Shown: in pieces, positions 36,848 to 45,720 of the stretch | Numbering within the stretch: position 1 is the first letter of the stretch | How the letters are laid out: the number at the start of each line of letters is the position of its first letter | NCBI GenBank assembly: GCA_050115675.1 | Contig: JASFQB010000001.1 | Coordinates: 1,352 to 65,351 of the forward strand | DNA: 64,000 bases | Direction of reading: 5' to 3' | Source of the DNA: Candidatus Woesebacteria bacterium | GTDB lineage: Bacteria; Patescibacteriota; Saccharimonadia; Saccharimonadales; EFPC-124 | The notes under the pieces: model-generated | The model's input: the letters and a program-made list of their open reading frames with translations, nothing else | Database searches by the model: none | What the model was told of the DNA's origin: nothing | Position numbers and translations under genes: made by a program

Positions 36848-37227
36848 AACTGACCGCCGTCAAAAGTGCTTAAACGGTTTCTTCGCCAACGGCGCCACAA
36901 AAATATTATTATTGCAATTAACAATGCGCCCAAAAACGACCATAATAAAATTGCGTCCCAGCCGATTTCCTCGTTGATTGTCTCGGCTGGATAGGTGGTT
37001 TGTTGCTGGGTCGTAGATTGACTTTCTTCTTGTTCTTCTTCAGTTGTTTCTGTGGATAGATCTTCGGCAGTTTCGGCAGCATCAGCTGCGTATGTTGTTG
37101 TGCCAGAAGCAGTTGAATCGCCTGAAGGTGTTGGCGTTGGCGCCTCTGCACATTCTCCATAGGCCGATCCTCCATAAGAATCACAGCTGTATGCTTGCGC
37201 CAAAAAAGTATAAATCATGAATTCCAT
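36844..37227 (-). CDS. Secreted acidic low-complexity protein with C-terminal TM helix and Arg-rich tail
   Basis: Short signal peptide, Thr/Glu/Ala-rich region, then LLWSFLGALLIAIIIFLWRRWRRNR. Its stop codon overlaps the lepA stop (shared TTAA). Confidence 0.5.
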   Translation of the reverse strand: MEFMIYTFLAQAYSCDSYGGSAYGECAEAPTPTPSGDSTASGTTTYAADAAETAEDLSTETTEEEQEESQSTTQQQTTYPAETINEEIGWDAILLWSFLGALLIAIIIFLWRRWRRNRLSTFDGGQF

Positions 37228-37356
37228 ATCTTATTCCTAACTATTACTGATAATGATAGCATATGTAACGTAAGCATAATAACATTAATTGGCATAAACT
37301 GCTTGCCTAACATGCCAAAAACAGGTTAAGCTTAAAGGTACTAAGGGAGTAAAAAA

Positions 37357-37560
37357 ATGTTATCAAATTTTGGGGATATTCTTGGGCTGGGTGTTCCAGA
37401 GCTGGTTGTTATTTTGGTCATACTACTAATATTATTTGGTGGTAAAAAATTGCCAGAACTTGCTCGTAGTATTGGGTCTTCAGTCAAAGAATTGCGTGAT
37501 GGCGTAAGTGAAAGCTCGCAAGCAAAAAATGACACCAAAACCAAAACAGACGAGGCCTAA
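37357..37560 (+). CDS. tatA: Twin-arginine translocase subunit TatA/E
   Basis: 67 aa with a TM helix followed by FGGKKLPELARSIG. Confidence 0.9.
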   Translation: MLSNFGDILGLGVPELVVILVILLILFGGKKLPELARSIGSSVKELRDGVSESSQAKNDTKTKTDEA

Positions 37561-38581
37561 AGATAGCTCCGAGCAACTTACCTTTCTAGAGCATCTTCAT
37601 GAGCTGAGGGGGCGCGTGTTTAAGGTTGCCTTGGTGCTATTGCTGGGGTCGCTTATAGGGTATGCGTTTCAGGGTCAGATAATAAGTTTTTTGCTGGCCC
37701 CGCTTGCTGGCGAAAAATTAGTATATCTAACGCCTGGGGGTGGGTTTGACTTTATTTTTAAAGTTGCGCTTTATGTTGGCTGTGCGATTGCCATACCTTC
37801 TGCTATATATCAGATATATCGCTACCTTGCGCCTGTAATGAAGCGTAGGCAATCTAGGCGCTTGACTGCAACGGTTGTTCTTTTGTCTTTGGCGCTGGCT
37901 GTGTCGGGAATGCTTTTTGGCTACTACGTTGCCTTGCCAGCTGCTCTTAATTTTTTAACCAATTTTGCGGGTGATTATGTAGAAGCTAACTTAACGGCTT
38001 CGTCGTATCTAAATTTTGTTACGGTGTATTCGCTTGGCTTGGCCGCACTGTTTCAGTTGCCAATAATTTTGCTGTTTATCAATTCTATAAATGGTCCGAT
38101 AAAACCGTCAAAACTTTTGTCTTCAGAAAGATTTGTTTTGGTCGGTGCCTTTATTTTGGCCGCAATAATCACTCCAACCCCAGATGTAGTAAATCAATTG
38201 ATAGTGGCTGCTCCAGTTATGGGGGTCTATCAAATAGGTATTATTTTAGTAATTTTGCAGAATCAAAAAAACAAAACAAAAGAGGTGCAAGAAACGACGG
38301 ACATGAATTCTGGCTTTACTGCAAACAGTCGTGCCAGAATTAAATCGGAGGAGTTGGGCTTTGGCGGCTCTGTGTCCAAGACAATGTCGCAAAATAATAT
38401 CACCACCAGCAAAACACCATCAAGAGCTCTTGATGGTGTTGTTGTGACAAGGGCTCGATCAGCAGGGGCGCCTCGTATTCCGCAACGCCCTATATCTACT
38501 ACTAGCCGAGTTCAACCGCGCCGCATAGTCCGTCCAGTTAGTATTGACGGAATTGTTGCGGCAAGGCAACCAGCTGAGTAG
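37529..38581 (+). CDS. tatC: Twin-arginine translocase subunit TatC with a ~100-aa Ser/Thr/Arg-rich C-terminal extension
   Basis: LTFLEHLHELRGR N-terminus and 6 TM helices. The start is uncertain (GTG 37508 or ATG 37529), and either overlaps tatA. Confidence 0.85.
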   Translation: MTPKPKQTRPKDSSEQLTFLEHLHELRGRVFKVALVLLLGSLIGYAFQGQIISFLLAPLAGEKLVYLTPGGGFDFIFKVALYVGCAIAIPSAIYQIYRYLAPVMKRRQSRRLTATVVLLSLALAVSGMLFGYYVALPAALNFLTNFAGDYVEANLTASSYLNFVTVYSLGLAALFQLPIILLFINSINGPIKPSKLLSSERFVLVGAFILAAIITPTPDVVNQLIVAAPVMGVYQIGIILVILQNQKNKTKEVQETTDMNSGFTANSRARIKSEELGFGGSVSKTMSQNNITTSKTPSRALDGVVVTRARSAGAPRIPQRPISTTSRVQPRRIVRPVSIDGIVAARQPAE

Positions 38582-38655
38582 TTAGTTGGGTATTGACAGC
38601 ACAAGCAAATAAGCTTAACCTTTAATAAAAGGGAATACAAAAACAAAGGAATAAC

Positions 38656-38904
38656 ATGAGCAGACAAATAGACGAATTGCTAACCAAGCAAATGGACAGG
38701 CGTGACTTTATAAAACACCTTGGCGTTGGCATGATGGCCTTATTTGGCATTGGTACAATTGTAAAAATGCTTTTACCTATAGAAAAAGCGCCTTCTGCAA
38801 CTGTATCAACAACCACAACGTCGTCTAGTAATTCAACTACACGATCCACAGCACAGGCTTTAGCATACGGTGGTGGCACATACGGTGGCAAGCGAGTTAA
38901 TTAA
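38656..38904 (+). CDS. Small protein (82 aa) with a canonical twin-arginine signal peptide
   Basis: DRRDFIKHLGVGMMALFGIGTIV (RR-x-F-I-K plus an h-region), then a Ser/Thr-rich tail. It lies immediately downstream of tatC. Confidence 0.6.
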   Translation: MSRQIDELLTKQMDRRDFIKHLGVGMMALFGIGTIVKMLLPIEKAPSATVSTTTTSSSNSTTRSTAQALAYGGGTYGGKRVN

Positions 38905-38953
38905 CCTCAAAATTTATTTGGTTTAAACGCCAGTTTATTGTACAATTATAACC

Positions 38954-39703
38954 ATGAAAACACCTAGCTTGCACAGACGAGAAGAGTTTGAGGCAATCCT
39001 TGGCAATTATCATATTAGCGAGGGCGCCCGTCAAATTCTAAATGAGACGCCATTTGTTGTAATGGTGGCTCCTAGCGCATCTGGCCGTAACACAATAATT
39101 AACGAGCTGCTCAAAACTGAGCAGTATCATTTTATCGTATCTGATACTACTCGCCCACCTCGAGTTAACAACGGCGTGCTCGAGCAAAACGGTGTGGAGT
39201 ATTTTTTCCGTGACGAAGACGACATGCTGGCAGACATAGAAGCAGGTCGTTTTTTAGAGGCAGAGGTTATTCATAAGCAGCAAGTTTCTGGTATTAGTGT
39301 TCGCGAAATCGAAAAAGCTCACAAAATGGGCAAAATCGCAATTACAGATGTAGACTTAGGTGGTGCGCAAAACATTGCAAAAACAGATCCAACCGCGATA
39401 GTAATTTTTGTAGTTCCGCCAAACTTTAACGAATGGCTAAGGCGCATGCGAGAGCGCGGCAGCATCTCTGATGAAGAGGTTTGCAGACGTGTAGAAACCG
39501 CAATTAGGCATTTTAGAGCAGTACTTAATGACGACCGCTTTATTTGTGTAGTTAACGATGATCTGCAAAAAGCCGTCAACGAAGTAGACGTAGTCGCAAC
39601 GCAGCAGCAAGTTGACGTAATGTCGCAAAATGACGCGCATCAAATTGTAAAAATTCTATTAGGAGACGCCGAGGACTTTATTGCCCAGGCAAAAAATGCA
39701 TAG
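38954..39703 (+). CDS. Guanylate-kinase-like protein with an atypical P-loop
   Basis: SDTTRPPR and the E-x-x-V..YG-like region fit Gmk, but the Walker A reads APSASGRNT (Lys replaced by Arg). Confidence 0.55.
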   Translation: MKTPSLHRREEFEAILGNYHISEGARQILNETPFVVMVAPSASGRNTIINELLKTEQYHFIVSDTTRPPRVNNGVLEQNGVEYFFRDEDDMLADIEAGRFLEAEVIHKQQVSGISVREIEKAHKMGKIAITDVDLGGAQNIAKTDPTAIVIFVVPPNFNEWLRRMRERGSISDEEVCRRVETAIRHFRAVLNDDRFICVVNDDLQKAVNEVDVVATQQQVDVMSQNDAHQIVKILLGDAEDFIAQAKNA

Positions 39704-39847
39704 CCATAATCCGCCCTTGCCTACTTAGATAGCTGTGGTGAGGGCGGATTTTATAATTAAGAATGTACACAAAACATTATTGACACGTAGTCCTATTGCT
39801 GATATTCTGCGACAAGGGTAACCGTTACTAGTGAGAGGACTTGAGCT

Positions 39848-40619
39848 ATGGACCTCAAGTTTATCAAGTCTAGCACTGAGGCTGCGTATCTCAGCGACTG
39901 GCGTCTGATTCCAGTTGATGAGTGTGGCGGAAGCTCTTGTTAAGATTGATGATGACGTGGCTTATTCTTGGTACTGTCATGAAATGTGACTGACGCGCGA
40001 TGCTAACCTCTATCTTCGCGAAAGAGTGTATGAGATGTTCAACAAGGCGCGTAGCTCCCTAGGGGGGATTGGCTATGACCTTAGAGTATATGATGCCTGG
40101 CGCCCTGTCGATCTTCAGGAAGAGCTCTTTTGGTACTATCTTAAGCTTTTTACTATCAAGCCGTTTGGGCTGGAGGAATTCTTTTCATCTTGTCAGAATG
40201 GTGAGCAGATTGTAAATAAGCTTTCAGAGTTGCCTCAGGGCTTGCAGGACAAGCTTAAAGAGGTTAACAGGCAATATGTAAGTTGGCCGTCAACAGATGT
40301 CAAGTGCCCAAGTCCTCATGCGACAGGTGGTGCAGTTGACGTTTGGCTTTTTGAAGATGATAAGCCTGCAGATCTGGGTGTGCCATTTGATTGGATGGAA
40401 GCTAGTGCAGGAGCATTCTATCATTTGGGTAGCAGTGTGCAGCCTTGGCCCTCGGGCGATGATCTTGCAGTAAACTTCCGTCGCGAAATCTTGATTCGCG
40501 CCATGGTCTCTGCTGGGTTTACGTGCTATCCGCATGAGGTTTGGCACTTTAACTTTGGCAATCAGATGGATGCCGTCGTTAGGGGAGGTGGAGCTCGCTA
40601 TGGTTATGTAGAGCCATAG
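39848..40619 (+). pseudogene. ddpX: D-alanyl-D-alanine dipeptidase (VanX/DdpX, peptidase M15D), disrupted
   Basis: The catalytic part is intact from GTG 40026 (YDAWRP, SPHATGGAVDVWL, EVWHFNFG). The N-terminal ~60 codons are in pieces: ATG 39848 in another frame, a 1-nt frameshift near 39926-39931, and an in-frame TGA at 39987-39989. Confidence 0.75.
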
Positions 40620-40627
40620 CTAACAAT

Positions 40628-40666
40628 ATGGCGACGTGAGAACAAAAGCTTTTCTTACGTCGCCAT
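40628..40666. terminator. Bidirectional terminator hairpin atggcgacgt...acgtcgccat
   Basis: Perfect 10-bp stem between convergent ddpX and ddl. Confidence 0.7.
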
Positions 40667-41739
40667 TATATACAACTCGATAAGTTGCTTTTATTATATT
40701 TTTCAATAGCAAACTCGATTAACATAGTAATCAAGTCGCTGTAAGACACGCCGCTAGCTTGCCACAGCTTGGGGTACATACTGATCTTGGTAAAACCTGG
40801 TATTGTATTTATTTCGTTTACTAAAATATCTCCGTCGTTTGCCACAAACATGTCAACGCGACTCATACCCTCGCATTCCATAACTTGATACGTTTTGAGT
40901 GCAATGTCACGTGCTTTTTTGGCAACTTGGGGCGAAATTTTGGCTGGAATTTGCAAAATTGCGCCATTCTCGTCTAAATATTTTGCCTCGTAACTGTAAA
41001 AGTCACCTTCGCGAGGTATAATTTGCCCGATCTCTGAGGTCTGTGGGTTGGCATTGCCAAGTATAGAGCATTCTATTTCTTGGCCTTCTATGGCACTTTC
41101 AATAATTATTTTTGTATCGTGCTTAAATGCTTCATTTATCGCTACATCAAGTTCAGTGGCATTATGTGCCTTTTTAATACCAACCGACGAGCCCATATTT
41201 GCAGGCTTTACAAATACAGTTTGTCCGAGTTTTTTAAAGATATCGCCAGGCAAAATATCATTTTTTTGATGAATTCTAAACGATAAGTATGCAGCTGTGG
41301 CAATGCTGGCATTTTGTAAAAGCCGCTTCATTACTTCTTTGTCCATGCATAAAGCCGAACTTAAAACGCCTGGGCCAACGTATGGTACATCTAAAAGCTC
41401 AAATAAACCCTGAACAGTGCCGTCTTCGCCAAATGGTCCATGCAGAATTGGCATAGCAACATCTATTTTATGTTTGTGGCCGTCTGCGCAGGTTAGTTCA
41501 TTGCTGCCAGGAGTTATAGATAAGAGATTGTTCGATTTTGAATTAATTTGCAATTGATTATTGCCTGGTTGCTGTAAGCACCATTGCCCGTTTTTTGCAA
41601 TTCCAATCAGCAGTAAATTGAATTTATCTTTATCAATTGCATCAATAATATTTTTGGCGGACATTATTGAGACTTCGTGTTCGGCAGATTTGCCGCCAAA
41701 AAGAACGGCAACATTTATTTTGGACAGAGTAGTGTTCAT
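40666..41739 (-). CDS. ddl: D-alanine--D-alanine ligase
   Basis: N-terminal VAVLFGGKSAEHEVS, an ATP-grasp core, and C-terminal EINTIPGFT. Confidence 0.92.
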   Translation of the reverse strand: MNTTLSKINVAVLFGGKSAEHEVSIMSAKNIIDAIDKDKFNLLLIGIAKNGQWCLQQPGNNQLQINSKSNNLLSITPGSNELTCADGHKHKIDVAMPILHGPFGEDGTVQGLFELLDVPYVGPGVLSSALCMDKEVMKRLLQNASIATAAYLSFRIHQKNDILPGDIFKKLGQTVFVKPANMGSSVGIKKAHNATELDVAINEAFKHDTKIIIESAIEGQEIECSILGNANPQTSEIGQIIPREGDFYSYEAKYLDENGAILQIPAKISPQVAKKARDIALKTYQVMECEGMSRVDMFVANDGDILVNEINTIPGFTKISMYPKLWQASGVSYSDLITMLIEFAIEKYNKSNLSSCI

Positions 41740-41850
41740 ATTATCTATTATATAATATTATTGCAAAATGGGCATTGCTTGTAGGTAGAGGTCTTGACCA
41801 CTGTTTACAATAATATTATTATAAGTTCAACTTAAGGTCATATTTTGCCC

Positions 41851-42561
41851 ATGACAGAACGACAAGCCAAGATTTTAGCCGCAATCATAGAGCAATATGC
41901 AGAGGTGGCTTCGCCTGTGGGTTCTTTAATGCTGGCCAGGCTTTTTAACGTTAGCTCGGCAACCATTAGGGCCGAGATGGCGCGTTTGGAAGATATGGGG
42001 TTTATAGAGCAACCACATACATCTGCTGGGCGTATTCCAACCGACAAGGGTTATCGGTTTTATGTTAACGGTATAACTCAGGTAGATCGACCTCAACTTA
42101 CAGAGCCAGACAGAGCGATTTATGCTATAGAAACACGAGTTGCTAACGCGGGTCGAACAGATTTGGCTATTCGCGCAGCTGTAGATACCTTAGTAGAGCT
42201 AACGCAAAACGTTGGCCTGGCTACTATTGGTGGGCAGTTGTATTTAAGCGGTTTTGGGCGCTTGTTTAATAGGCCAGATTTTATTCAAAATGCCACGCCT
42301 GTGTATGAGGTTGCTCAGTTGCTAGATAATCTAGAGCCGTGGTTGCACGAGGCGGCGCCAAACAAACCGCTTAGCGTTTATATTGGTCAAGAAAACCCAA
42401 TAGGCAAAACAAGTGGCTGTACACTTATAATTAGCCGTTTTAACTCAAATTATTCTGACAGTAGCTACATAGGCGTTTTAGGCCCAACTCGCCAAAGTTA
42501 CAGGCAAGTAATGAGTTTAGTGCAGCATGCTGGGCAAATGCTAGACCAAATTTGTAGATAA
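41851..42561 (+). CDS. hrcA: Heat-inducible transcription repressor HrcA (short form, ~236 aa)
   Basis: wHTH N-terminus [14 protein letters not shown]...PVGS...SSATIR.EMA.LE..G and C-terminal [10 protein letters not shown]. About 100 aa shorter than typical HrcA. Confidence 0.85.
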   Translation: MTERQAKILAAIIEQYAEVASPVGSLMLARLFNVSSATIRAEMARLEDMGFIEQPHTSAGRIPTDKGYRFYVNGITQVDRPQLTEPDRAIYAIETRVANAGRTDLAIRAAVDTLVELTQNVGLATIGGQLYLSGFGRLFNRPDFIQNATPVYEVAQLLDNLEPWLHEAAPNKPLSVYIGQENPIGKTSGCTLIISRFNSNYSDSSYIGVLGPTRQSYRQVMSLVQHAGQMLDQICR

Positions 42562-42621
42562 TTATAAAAAGCAAAAGAGCCGCAAGGTCATACCTTAACG
42601 GCTCTTTGCCTACTTCTTGAA

Positions 42622-43101
42622 TCAGCGGTTGGCGAGTTCGCGCAGCACGCTCAAGGCCTCTTCGGGTTTGGGCTGCATGTCGGGAAAGCGGCAATCCTCC
42701 AGAATCGTTTTAAGCGCCATCAGCGCCTGCTGCGTGGTCTCGGGCCACATGATCGAGAGGGTGCTGTACCCGTCGTCCTGGCGGCAGACCTGCAGCATGA
42801 TTCGGTCGTTCCACATGCTGATGTCGTAATGGTAGTGCTCGCCGGGAAGCTCGAGGTAGATGGGGTACCCACCCGCGATATCGTCGAGCTGAACATTGAG
42901 AGCCAGCAGCTCCACGCCGAACAGAGTGATCGTGCGGTCGTCGATGCCCTTGATGGCCTCAAGAACTTCCGCGATGTTACCGCGGAACCCCAGGTAGTGA
43001 TACGCCGGGACCTCGTATTCGCAGGCGAAGCGCGGGTCGAAATTCCCCGGAATCTCCGGCGTGATCGGCTGTGTGGGCTGCTCGACGGCAAGAATGCTCA
43101 T
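42622..43101 (-). CDS. Hypothetical protein (159 aa) of strongly foreign composition (~60% GC, GC3-rich)
   Basis: GAGGT SD before ATG 43101. Hand GC counts of four 60-nt lines gave 53-67%. High GC also creates long shadow ORFs in other frames. Confidence 0.65.
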   Translation of the reverse strand: MSILAVEQPTQPITPEIPGNFDPRFACEYEVPAYHYLGFRGNIAEVLEAIKGIDDRTITLFGVELLALNVQLDDIAGGYPIYLELPGEHYHYDISMWNDRIMLQVCRQDDGYSTLSIMWPETTQQALMALKTILEDCRFPDMQPKPEEALSVLRELANR

Positions 43102-43199
43102 TTTTACCTCAAAAAAGTAGGCTACAACCGCGTTTAACGCGATATTACTGTTATAATAACACAAAATGTAGTTTTTTGCAATGTTTTTAACAAATATTG

Positions 43200-43226
43200 T
43201 TAGCACTCTTGACGTTAGAGTGCTAA
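43200..43226 (+). promoter_or_regulatory. CIRCE operator (HrcA binding site) TTAGCACTC-N9-GAGTGCTAA
   Basis: Perfect match to the CIRCE consensus, 42 nt upstream of grpE. A TTGACG -35 sits in the N9 spacer, with TAACAT 17 nt downstream. Confidence 0.92.
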
Positions 43227-43267
43227 TTGTCTAACATATAAGTAGCAACATTAGCATGGAGAAAATC

Positions 43268-43822
43268 ATGGCTAAAAATATTAAAAACAATCAGTCAGAC
43301 GACGTAGTTGCAGAGCTTACGGCGGATTTGCAGCGGATTCAGGCTGATTTTATAAACTATCGCCGTCGCACAGACGAAGAGCGCGTGCAGCTTTCGCAGA
43401 CTGCAAAGGCTGCCACTGTGGTTAAGCTTTTGCCTCTTTTAGACGACATAGAGCGAGCAATTAGCCATGTTCCGGCTGAGTTGTCTGACAACTCTTGGGC
43501 GCAAGGCATTGTAGCGCTGGGTAGGCGGTTTGAAAAATCTCTTGAAGATCTTGGCCTAAGTCGTATAAATGCTAGCAAAGGCACGCCATTTAACCCAGAG
43601 CTTCACGAAGCCGTAAGTGTGGAAGACGGCGAAGGCGACCAAGAGGTAATTAGCGAAGAGCTTCGTGCTGGCTATGAGCTAGGCGGCCAAATTGTGCGGC
43701 CAAGCATGGTAAAAGTTACACATCAGGTTCAGGCGCCAGTGGCAGCTGACAATGATGTAGAGCAAATTGTAGAAGAACAAATCGGACAAGAACCTGCCGA
43801 ACAGCTAAAAGATGAAGATTAG
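43268..43822 (+). CDS. grpE: Nucleotide exchange factor GrpE
   Basis: DFINYRRR motif and a GrpE C-terminal beta domain. GGAGA SD favours ATG 43268 over 43256. Confidence 0.9.
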   Translation: MAKNIKNNQSDDVVAELTADLQRIQADFINYRRRTDEERVQLSQTAKAATVVKLLPLLDDIERAISHVPAELSDNSWAQGIVALGRRFEKSLEDLGLSRINASKGTPFNPELHEAVSVEDGEGDQEVISEELRAGYELGGQIVRPSMVKVTHQVQAPVAADNDVEQIVEEQIGQEPAEQLKDED

Positions 43823-43831
43823 GAGAATTAT

Positions 43832-45718
43832 ATGGGAAAAATTATAGGTATAGACTTAGGTACAACTAACAGCGCAATGGCCTGTCTGGTTGCAGGTAAA
43901 CCAGACGTAGTAACAAACGCCGAAGGCAACCGAACAACGCCATCTGTTGTGGCTATCAACAAAACTGGCGAACGCCTTGTTGGTCAGGTGGCACAGCGAC
44001 AGCGCGTAACTAACGCTCAAAACACAATTTACGGCGTAAAACGCTTAATTGGCCGCAAATGGGACGACGCCGAGGTACAAAAAGACCTCGACATTATGCC
44101 TTATCAAATTGTTAAAGGTGGTAACGGCGTTAAGGTAAAAATGGGCGACAAAGAGTACAGTCCAGAAGAAATTAGCGCAATGATTTTGGCAAAGCTTAAA
44201 GCAGATGCCGAGGCATTTTTGGGCGAACCAGTAACAGAGGCAGTCATTACTGTTCCTGCTTACTTTGACGATTCTCAGCGTCAAGCAACCAAAGATGCTG
44301 GCCGAATTGCCGGACTAGAAGTTAAACGTATTATCAACGAACCAACCGCGGCTGCTCTAGCATACGGTCTAGAAAAGAAAAAAGAAGAAAAAATTGCCGT
44401 ATTTGACCTTGGTGGCGGTACATTTGACGTATCCATTTTGGAGCTAGGCGACGGCGTGTTTGAAGTAAAAAGCACCAATGGCGATACTCACCTGGGTGGC
44501 GAAGACTTTGACAACCGTATTGTAAACTACTTTATTGATGTATTTAAGCAGCAAAACGGTATAGACCTTAAGGGTGACAACGCAGCCATGCAACGTCTAA
44601 AAGACGAAGCAGAAAAGGCCAAAAAAGAGCTTTCTACGGTAGCTGAAGTTGAAATTAACTTGCCATTTTTGACCGCTGATGCAGATGGTCCAAAGCACTT
44701 TGAGACCAAACTTACCCGCGCAAAACTAGAAGAACTAGTTGGCGACTTGGTAGAAAAAACAGCTATTCCTTGCGAAAAAGCACTTAAAGACGCTGGTTTG
44801 TCGGCAGGCGACATTGACGAGATTGTACTTGTGGGTGGCATGACGCGCATGCCAGCTGTTGTAGAAAAAGTTAAAAAAATCTTTGGCAAAGAGCCTCTAA
44901 AAGGTGTTAACCCAGACGAAGTTGTTGCCGTAGGCGCAGCAATTCAGGGCGGCGTGTTGGCTGGTGATGTTAAGGACGTTTTGTTGCTTGATGTTACTCC
45001 GCTAAGTTTGGGTATCGAGACTATGGGAAGTGTAAGCACCAAGTTAATTGACCGCAACACAACTGTTCCAACCAGCAAAAGCCAGGTATTTTCGACCGCT
45101 GCAGACAATCAGCCGCAGGTAGAAATTCATGTTTTGCAGGGCGAGCGCGAAATGGCTGCCGACAACAAAAGCTTAGGCAAATTTGTGCTAGACGGCATTG
45201 CGCCAGCTCCACGCGGCGTGCCGCAAATTGAAGTTGCCTTTAACTTGGACGCAAACGGCATTTTGCACGTTACTGCTAAAGATAAAGGTACCGGCAAAGA
45301 GCAAAGTATTACTATTCAAAACAGTGGCAACTTGAGCAAAGATGACATCGAAAAAGCTCAAAAAGAAGCCGAGCTTCACGCCGAAGAAGACAAAAAGAAG
45401 CGCGAAGCAATAGAAGCCAAAAACAATTTGGCTCAGGCAATTTACCAGGCCGAAAAAATGCCGCGCGAATTTGAAGGCAAAATTAGCGACGACGATAAAA
45501 AAGTCATAGAAGAAGCTGTTGCAGAAGCTAAAAAGCATGAAGAAAGTAACGACAAAGAAGAACTAGAAAAAGCAGTAAAAGATTTAAGCGACAAGATTAT
45601 GCCAATTGGTGCTAAAATGTACGAAGCTGCAAGCAAAGAGCAACCTGCAGACGTAAAGCCAGAAGGCGAAGACAAAAAAGACGGCCCAGTAGAGGGCGAA
45701 GTAGTGGACGAGAAGTAA
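43832..45718 (+). CDS. dnaK: Chaperone DnaK (Hsp70)
   Basis: [18 protein letters not shown] and [10 protein letters not shown] signatures. Confidence 0.98.
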   Translation: MGKIIGIDLGTTNSAMACLVAGKPDVVTNAEGNRTTPSVVAINKTGERLVGQVAQRQRVTNAQNTIYGVKRLIGRKWDDAEVQKDLDIMPYQIVKGGNGVKVKMGDKEYSPEEISAMILAKLKADAEAFLGEPVTEAVITVPAYFDDSQRQATKDAGRIAGLEVKRIINEPTAAALAYGLEKKKEEKIAVFDLGGGTFDVSILELGDGVFEVKSTNGDTHLGGEDFDNRIVNYFIDVFKQQNGIDLKGDNAAMQRLKDEAEKAKKELSTVAEVEINLPFLTADADGPKHFETKLTRAKLEELVGDLVEKTAIPCEKALKDAGLSAGDIDEIVLVGGMTRMPAVVEKVKKIFGKEPLKGVNPDEVVAVGAAIQGGVLAGDVKDVLLLDVTPLSLGIETMGSVSTKLIDRNTTVPTSKSQVFSTAADNQPQVEIHVLQGEREMAADNKSLGKFVLDGIAPAPRGVPQIEVAFNLDANGILHVTAKDKGTGKEQSITIQNSGNLSKDDIEKAQKEAELHAEEDKKKREAIEAKNNLAQAIYQAEKMPREFEGKISDDDKKVIEEAVAEAKKHEESNDKEELEKAVKDLSDKIMPIGAKMYEAASKEQPADVKPEGEDKKDGPVEGEVVDEK

Positions 45719-45720
45719 AG

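Noticed and set aside
39987-39989. In-frame TGA in the VanX-like gene as evidence for a UGA-recoding genetic code (code 4/25, as in some CPR lineages)
   Set aside because: TGA clearly terminates other well-defined genes here, for example the CBS protein at 4964-4966, the ABC ATPase at 15746-15748 and the ORF ending at 22109-22111. The same gene also carries a frameshift, so decay is the simpler reading.
42720-43137. Alternative-frame ORFs (42720-43091 minus strand, 42829-43137 plus strand) overlapping the GC-rich gene
   Set aside because: High GC suppresses stop codons in all frames. Only the 42622-43101 frame has an SD and a non-repetitive, globular-looking sequence. The others are Arg/Ser/Pro-rich.
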